Source: Clostridiales bacterium (lineage in GTDB: Bacteria > Bacillota > Clostridia > Saccharofermentanales > Saccharofermentanaceae). From it: a DNA stretch of 64,000 bases. Positions 59,908 through 64,000 of the stretch are shown in pieces. The DNA lies in assembly GCA_017509245.1 (NCBI GenBank), contig JAFWQC010000009.1:18460-82459 (forward strand). The letters run 5' to 3'. The notes under the pieces are model-generated. The model ran no database searches, was not told the DNA's origin, and was given only the letters and a program-made list of their open reading frames with translations. The first letter of the stretch is position 1. Every line of letters starts with the position of its first letter. The position numbers and the translations under genes were made by a program.

Positions 59908-61744
59908 AAGGGGCTGTGAAAAAACTTCGGTTCAAAAATCGGGAGTTCACGGCCCCTTTTTTATGAAATTAAAGGCTCGGGGAATCGAACCCGGAGCCTT
60001 TAATAATGGTAGTATATCTTTGTTCAGGAGATATATACCATGTGTGATTATTTTACCATACGCCAACAGCGCATGTTCCCTTCTTACACTATAGATGTGA
60101 AGGAGCAGGCGAAAATTGATCGTTTTTTGCAGCTGCTCAACATAAGCGGTGTCGCCCATATCTTAGATTTAGTTAAGGATAAAGACGTTAGTTCTGGCGG
60201 CCGACCATCCTATGACATATACAATCTATTCTCAACCATCCTCTACGGATTTGCGTTTGGAACTGGAACATTAAGGGATTTGGAATCGTCTTGCAAAAAC
60301 GATTTGCGATACCTGTATCTTATGCAAGAAGAAATTCCAACTTATAGGACGATCTGTAACTATATCAACGAATACATAGTGCCTAATACAGATGCAATAT
60401 TCCAAGCAATAAACAACGCAATACTTAATGAATGCGGCATAAATCTTGACGATGCGTATATTGACGGGACAAAGATAGAAGCCAACGCGAACAAATATAA
60501 ATTTGTCTGGAAACCAACAACATTACATATTCGCCTATCGGATAAGATAAGAACATTGCTTTCAATTAACAACCTCGACAGAGGCATTCCAAATAAGGGA
60601 ATTATACATTCATCCAAAATAGCAGAGAAACTGGCTGAACACTATAAACTTATAGATCAAGCTGAAGATGAAAGGCAGAAAGAAATACTTCTCAAACAAT
60701 ACGATCAATCGAGTATTTATCTAGAAAAGTCGTTGGAATATGAGGAGAAAGAACGGATATGTGGGCCGGATCGAAATTCGTATTATAAGACCGATCACGA
60801 TGCAACAGCGATGACTTTAAAGACAGATTACTATGCAGGTCTTGGAAGTAATATGCATGCAGCATATAATGTTCAGGCAATTGTATCTCAAGGGTTTGTC
60901 AGCGCCTTTTATTTATCTCAATCCCGAAATGACATTAAAGATCTTATTCCCACGCTTGAAAAGTTTTATGAGTTTCACGGATGTTATCCGAAGCGTTTGT
61001 GTGCTGATTCTGGGTATGGATCTTTGGAAAACTATGAATTCCTTGAAACAAACGGAATTGATAACTATGTAAAGCATATGTCGTGGCAAGGCAATGTATC
61101 TGGAAAGAATCCTGCTCAATATCGTCTAAATCCAGATAAAACAATTACTTGTCTTAACGGAAACACGGGACATGTAATCACCTTAAATGACAGGCATCCC
61201 AAGTATGCCAATTCTTTATTTTATAAGATTGTTGGTTGCAAACACTGTGAGTTCAGCACCTACTGCAAAAGATGGCAGAAAAAGAAGAATGAGAATTTCA
61301 AGATATTCGAAGTGGTTGTACCATTAAGCAGATATATACAACAGGCAGAAGATAATCTTCTCTCCGTGCAAGGCATCTGTATGCGAGTTAATCGAAGCGT
61401 TCAAAGTGAAGGTGCATTTGGTGCTTTGAAGCAAGATATGCGTTATGTTAGATTTCGCAGAATCACAAAAGCAAAAGCAACAACTGAATATATGCTCACG
61501 TTCCTTGGCTTTAACATAAGGAAGCTTTTTAAGTTCTATTCTGGAAATCTCAAAACTTCTTACTGGAAAGCCCCTCCAGAAATGCAGCCGGAGACATTCA
61601 AGAAACCTTCGGCTAAGCGCCTGGCAAACTCAGTAAATAGACGCACACTAAAAAGTAAAAATGCTGTCGCTAAGGACAGCTACAAGTATAAAAAGGGGGC
61701 TGTGTAACCTCGATTTTTAGGTCGAGGTTTTTTCACAGCCCCTT
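59908..61744 (+). mobile_element. IS1182-family insertion sequence
   Basis: Terminal inverted repeats AAGGGGCTGTGAAAAAAC(T/C)TCG (21/22 match, extending imperfectly to about 55 bp) flank one transposase; AT-richer than the host. Confidence 0.88.
60040..61707 (+). CDS. IS1182-family DDE transposase
   Basis: GGRPSY, YIDGTKIEANANKYKFVW, KTDHDAT, YNVQ, ADSGY and R...SEGAFG motifs. Confidence 0.92.
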   Translation: MCDYFTIRQQRMFPSYTIDVKEQAKIDRFLQLLNISGVAHILDLVKDKDVSSGGRPSYDIYNLFSTILYGFAFGTGTLRDLESSCKNDLRYLYLMQEEIPTYRTICNYINEYIVPNTDAIFQAINNAILNECGINLDDAYIDGTKIEANANKYKFVWKPTTLHIRLSDKIRTLLSINNLDRGIPNKGIIHSSKIAEKLAEHYKLIDQAEDERQKEILLKQYDQSSIYLEKSLEYEEKERICGPDRNSYYKTDHDATAMTLKTDYYAGLGSNMHAAYNVQAIVSQGFVSAFYLSQSRNDIKDLIPTLEKFYEFHGCYPKRLCADSGYGSLENYEFLETNGIDNYVKHMSWQGNVSGKNPAQYRLNPDKTITCLNGNTGHVITLNDRHPKYANSLFYKIVGCKHCEFSTYCKRWQKKKNENFKIFEVVVPLSRYIQQAEDNLLSVQGICMRVNRSVQSEGAFGALKQDMRYVRFRRITKAKATTEYMLTFLGFNIRKLFKFYSGNLKTSYWKAPPEMQPETFKKPSAKRLANSVNRRTLKSKNAVAKDSYKYKKGAV

Positions 61745-61828
61745 TTATTATGCACAGAAAAAGCAGAGGAGATGTTACATTATTCCCGATATGGTGTAAA
61801 ATCTACCATTGGTCAGAGGAGTGTATAA

Positions 61829-62962
61829 ATGCAGAAACTTATCAACAGCATTAAGAACAACGCGATCCTTTACATATCGGGACTGCTTGCTTTCATATCG
61901 TGCTTTTTCGTAAAGCCCGATAAGCAGTATCTTGATTACATAAACGTCAGGGTCCTCGCGATCCTCTTTGGCCTGATGCTCATCGTCGGCGCTATGGGTC
62001 ACATCGGAACCTTCGATGCGCTGACCAACAAACTCCTCACCAGGGTCAAGTCATACAGGGGCATAAGCCTGCTCATGTCACTGCTCGCATTCTTCTTAAG
62101 CATGTTCCTTACAAACGACGTATCGCTCGTAACGCTGGTTCCCTTTGCGATAATGGTCCTCGCCCCCTTCTGCGAAAACAGAAAACTCATGCACACGCTG
62201 ATAATAATGACCGTCGCAGCAAACCTCGGAAGCATGCTTACACCGATCGGCAATCCGCAGAATCTTTATCTTTACGATACCTACAAGGTGCCTGTTAAAG
62301 ATTTTATTCTCCTGATGCTGCCGTATTCGGCACTGTCCCTGGCACTGATCGTTGTGCTTACGTTCACCCTCATAAAGGGGTCAACGGAACTGCCCGTCAA
62401 CGGCAGGCGTGAAGTCAAGGGCCTTTCCGCCGTTAAAGTCATCATATACTTCGCACTTTTTATCCTGAATATCCTCACGGTCATCGGTGTCGTTCATTTC
62501 CTGATCCCTCTGATCGTAACAGTAACAGCGATGTTCATCATGGACCGCAAAGCCTTCCTCAAAGCAGATTACAATCTCCTTCTGACATTTGTATTCTTCT
62601 TTATCCTGATAGGTAATATCGGCCGCATTGACGCTATAACAAATTCGCTGTCAGGCCTCGTTTCCGGTTACCCCGTGCCTGCGGCGATCCTCTCATCGCA
62701 GATCATCAGCAACGTTCCCGCAGCCATGCTCCTTTCCGCATTTACGCAAGACGGCAAGTCGCTCATCATCGGTACCAACCTTGGCGGTCTCGGCACGCTC
62801 ATCGCAAGCATGGCAAGCCTCATCACATACAGATTCCACTCTGCACTCACGAAGACTCAGAAAGACGGCGGCAAGCAGGGAAACTATCTCCTTCACTTTA
62901 CCGTGATCAATGTGATAATGCTCGCGGTCCTTTTCGCGCTGTATCTGATATTGAATCACTGA
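61829..62962 (+). CDS. ArsB/NhaD/SLC13-like (CitMHS) anion transporter
   Basis: LTNDV, AANLGSMLTPIGNPQNLY, SQIISNVPAA and GTLIASMASL motifs. Confidence 0.88.
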   Translation: MQKLINSIKNNAILYISGLLAFISCFFVKPDKQYLDYINVRVLAILFGLMLIVGAMGHIGTFDALTNKLLTRVKSYRGISLLMSLLAFFLSMFLTNDVSLVTLVPFAIMVLAPFCENRKLMHTLIIMTVAANLGSMLTPIGNPQNLYLYDTYKVPVKDFILLMLPYSALSLALIVVLTFTLIKGSTELPVNGRREVKGLSAVKVIIYFALFILNILTVIGVVHFLIPLIVTVTAMFIMDRKAFLKADYNLLLTFVFFFILIGNIGRIDAITNSLSGLVSGYPVPAAILSSQIISNVPAAMLLSAFTQDGKSLIIGTNLGGLGTLIASMASLITYRFHSALTKTQKDGGKQGNYLLHFTVINVIMLAVLFALYLILNH

Positions 62963-63105
62963 GCGGGTAATTAGCGCGTGCCGTATCGGTGCCCGAAAAT
63001 CGTTCTTGATACGGATCAGCCGCCAAGCTTTGATTTTCGCGCACACAGCATCAAAAAAGGCTGCCCGCACAAAGGACAGCCCCTGAATCAGATCCGTGCA
63101 ATGAA

Positions 63106-63780
63106 TTATTCTGCGATGTACTCGCTGTATGCTTTCTTAATGATGTCCCAGTCGAGTTCGAATCTTGACATGTGCTTTGCGAAAGCGGCTTCGGCAGCAT
63201 CCTTGTCGTGAGCTGCGATAGCATCCGCGATGGCCTTATGGTCAGATACGAGCTTGGTGTCCTTTATGGTCTTGAGGGACAGGGATCTTACGCGGTCGAA
63301 GTGAAGGCTCATGAGGCCTACCATGTAGAAGCACTGCATCTTGTTGCATGCGACGTAGATGCTCTTGTGGAAATCGTTGTCGAGATCCAAGAACTTCGGC
63401 GGGTCGTTCTCGATGTAGAACTGCTGAAGCTTGATGTTTGCGTATAGCTTCTGGATATCTTCTTCGGTTGCGACGTCGCAGGCTTCTCTTAAGAGCGCAG
63501 TCTCAACTGCGATACGGAGGAACCTGGATTCCTTGATGAGCTCATAATCGATCAGGGATACATTGCAGCCCTTCTGGGGAAGGATATTAACGATCTTGGA
63601 CTTTGATAATTCGAGGAATGCTTCGTGAACCGGGGTTCTGGAGATACCGAGCTGGGTTGCGATCTCCTGCTCGCCGATCAATGATCCGGGCTTGATCTCC
63701 ATGTTGATGATGTTGTCTTTTACGATCCGGAAAGCATACTCGCGGTTGGGTTCAAAAGTCTTCTTGGGCGTGATGATCAT
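63106..63780 (-). CDS. GntR (FadR subfamily, FCD domain) transcriptional regulator
   Basis: LGISRTPVHEA HTH; DNDFH and H...H FCD residues. Confidence 0.93.
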   Translation of the reverse strand: MIITPKKTFEPNREYAFRIVKDNIINMEIKPGSLIGEQEIATQLGISRTPVHEAFLELSKSKIVNILPQKGCNVSLIDYELIKESRFLRIAVETALLREACDVATEEDIQKLYANIKLQQFYIENDPPKFLDLDNDFHKSIYVACNKMQCFYMVGLMSLHFDRVRSLSLKTIKDTKLVSDHKAIADAIAAHDKDAAEAAFAKHMSRFELDWDIIKKAYSEYIAE

Positions 63781-64000
63781 TTATAGAATTCCCCTTTAAA
63801 ATACGAAATCTATAAAGAAACTAACATAAAAAAATATTTATGTCTAGCGCTTACATACTAATTAGCAACCACGTTGTGAAGTGTGTTTCGAACAGCACCT
63901 TTTCCTTTGTTCAAATCGTCAAAATATTGCTCAATTAAAGGCGTTAAGCCGGTCTTGTTTATGTCGGTTCCGAAAACCGTTTCGTTAGACAGAATGCCTG

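Noticed and set aside
63840-63870. GntR operator (TACTAATTAGCA-like) upstream of the gntR gene
   Set aside because: Weak palindrome, and the divergent target gene lies outside the window, so it cannot be supported

Overview
This is a 64-kb accessory-rich chromosomal segment of a probable Clostridia-class Firmicute. The assignment is inferred from the sigma-A-type promoters, AGGAGG ribosome-binding sites, lipoproteins and a Bce-type module. It holds about 50 CDSs, with no rRNA, intact tRNA or CRISPR array. Main points of interest: (1) A candidate RNA-repair/ribonucleoprotein locus at 43.7-48.2 kb. A divergent WYL-GNAT regulator sits opposite two tandem stem-closed ncRNA-like elements that share a TACAGCAA motif, one with a perfect tRNA T-arm. 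These precede a DUF2828 (TROVE/Ro60-like + vWA) gene and rtcB. (2) A tightly coupled eight-gene lipid operon at 16.5-26.7 kb: CDP-archaeol synthase-like protein, UbiA prenyltransferase, PssA, Psd, two rifampin-phosphotransferase-like dikinases, a GNAT and an acyl-adenylate ligase. (3) Four tandem FecR-domain, Pro/Thr-stalked surface proteins with variable Tyr-rich tips, upstream of a CHASE2 adenylate cyclase and an MBL-GAF-GGDEF fusion. Also present are an IS1182-family element with hairpin ends, nrtR with tandem operators, a BceRS-AB module, an internally deleted APH(3') relic, an ECF sigma relic, an AT-rich orphan gene and REP-like palindrome arrays. All family calls come from recognising motifs by eye; no database search was run.
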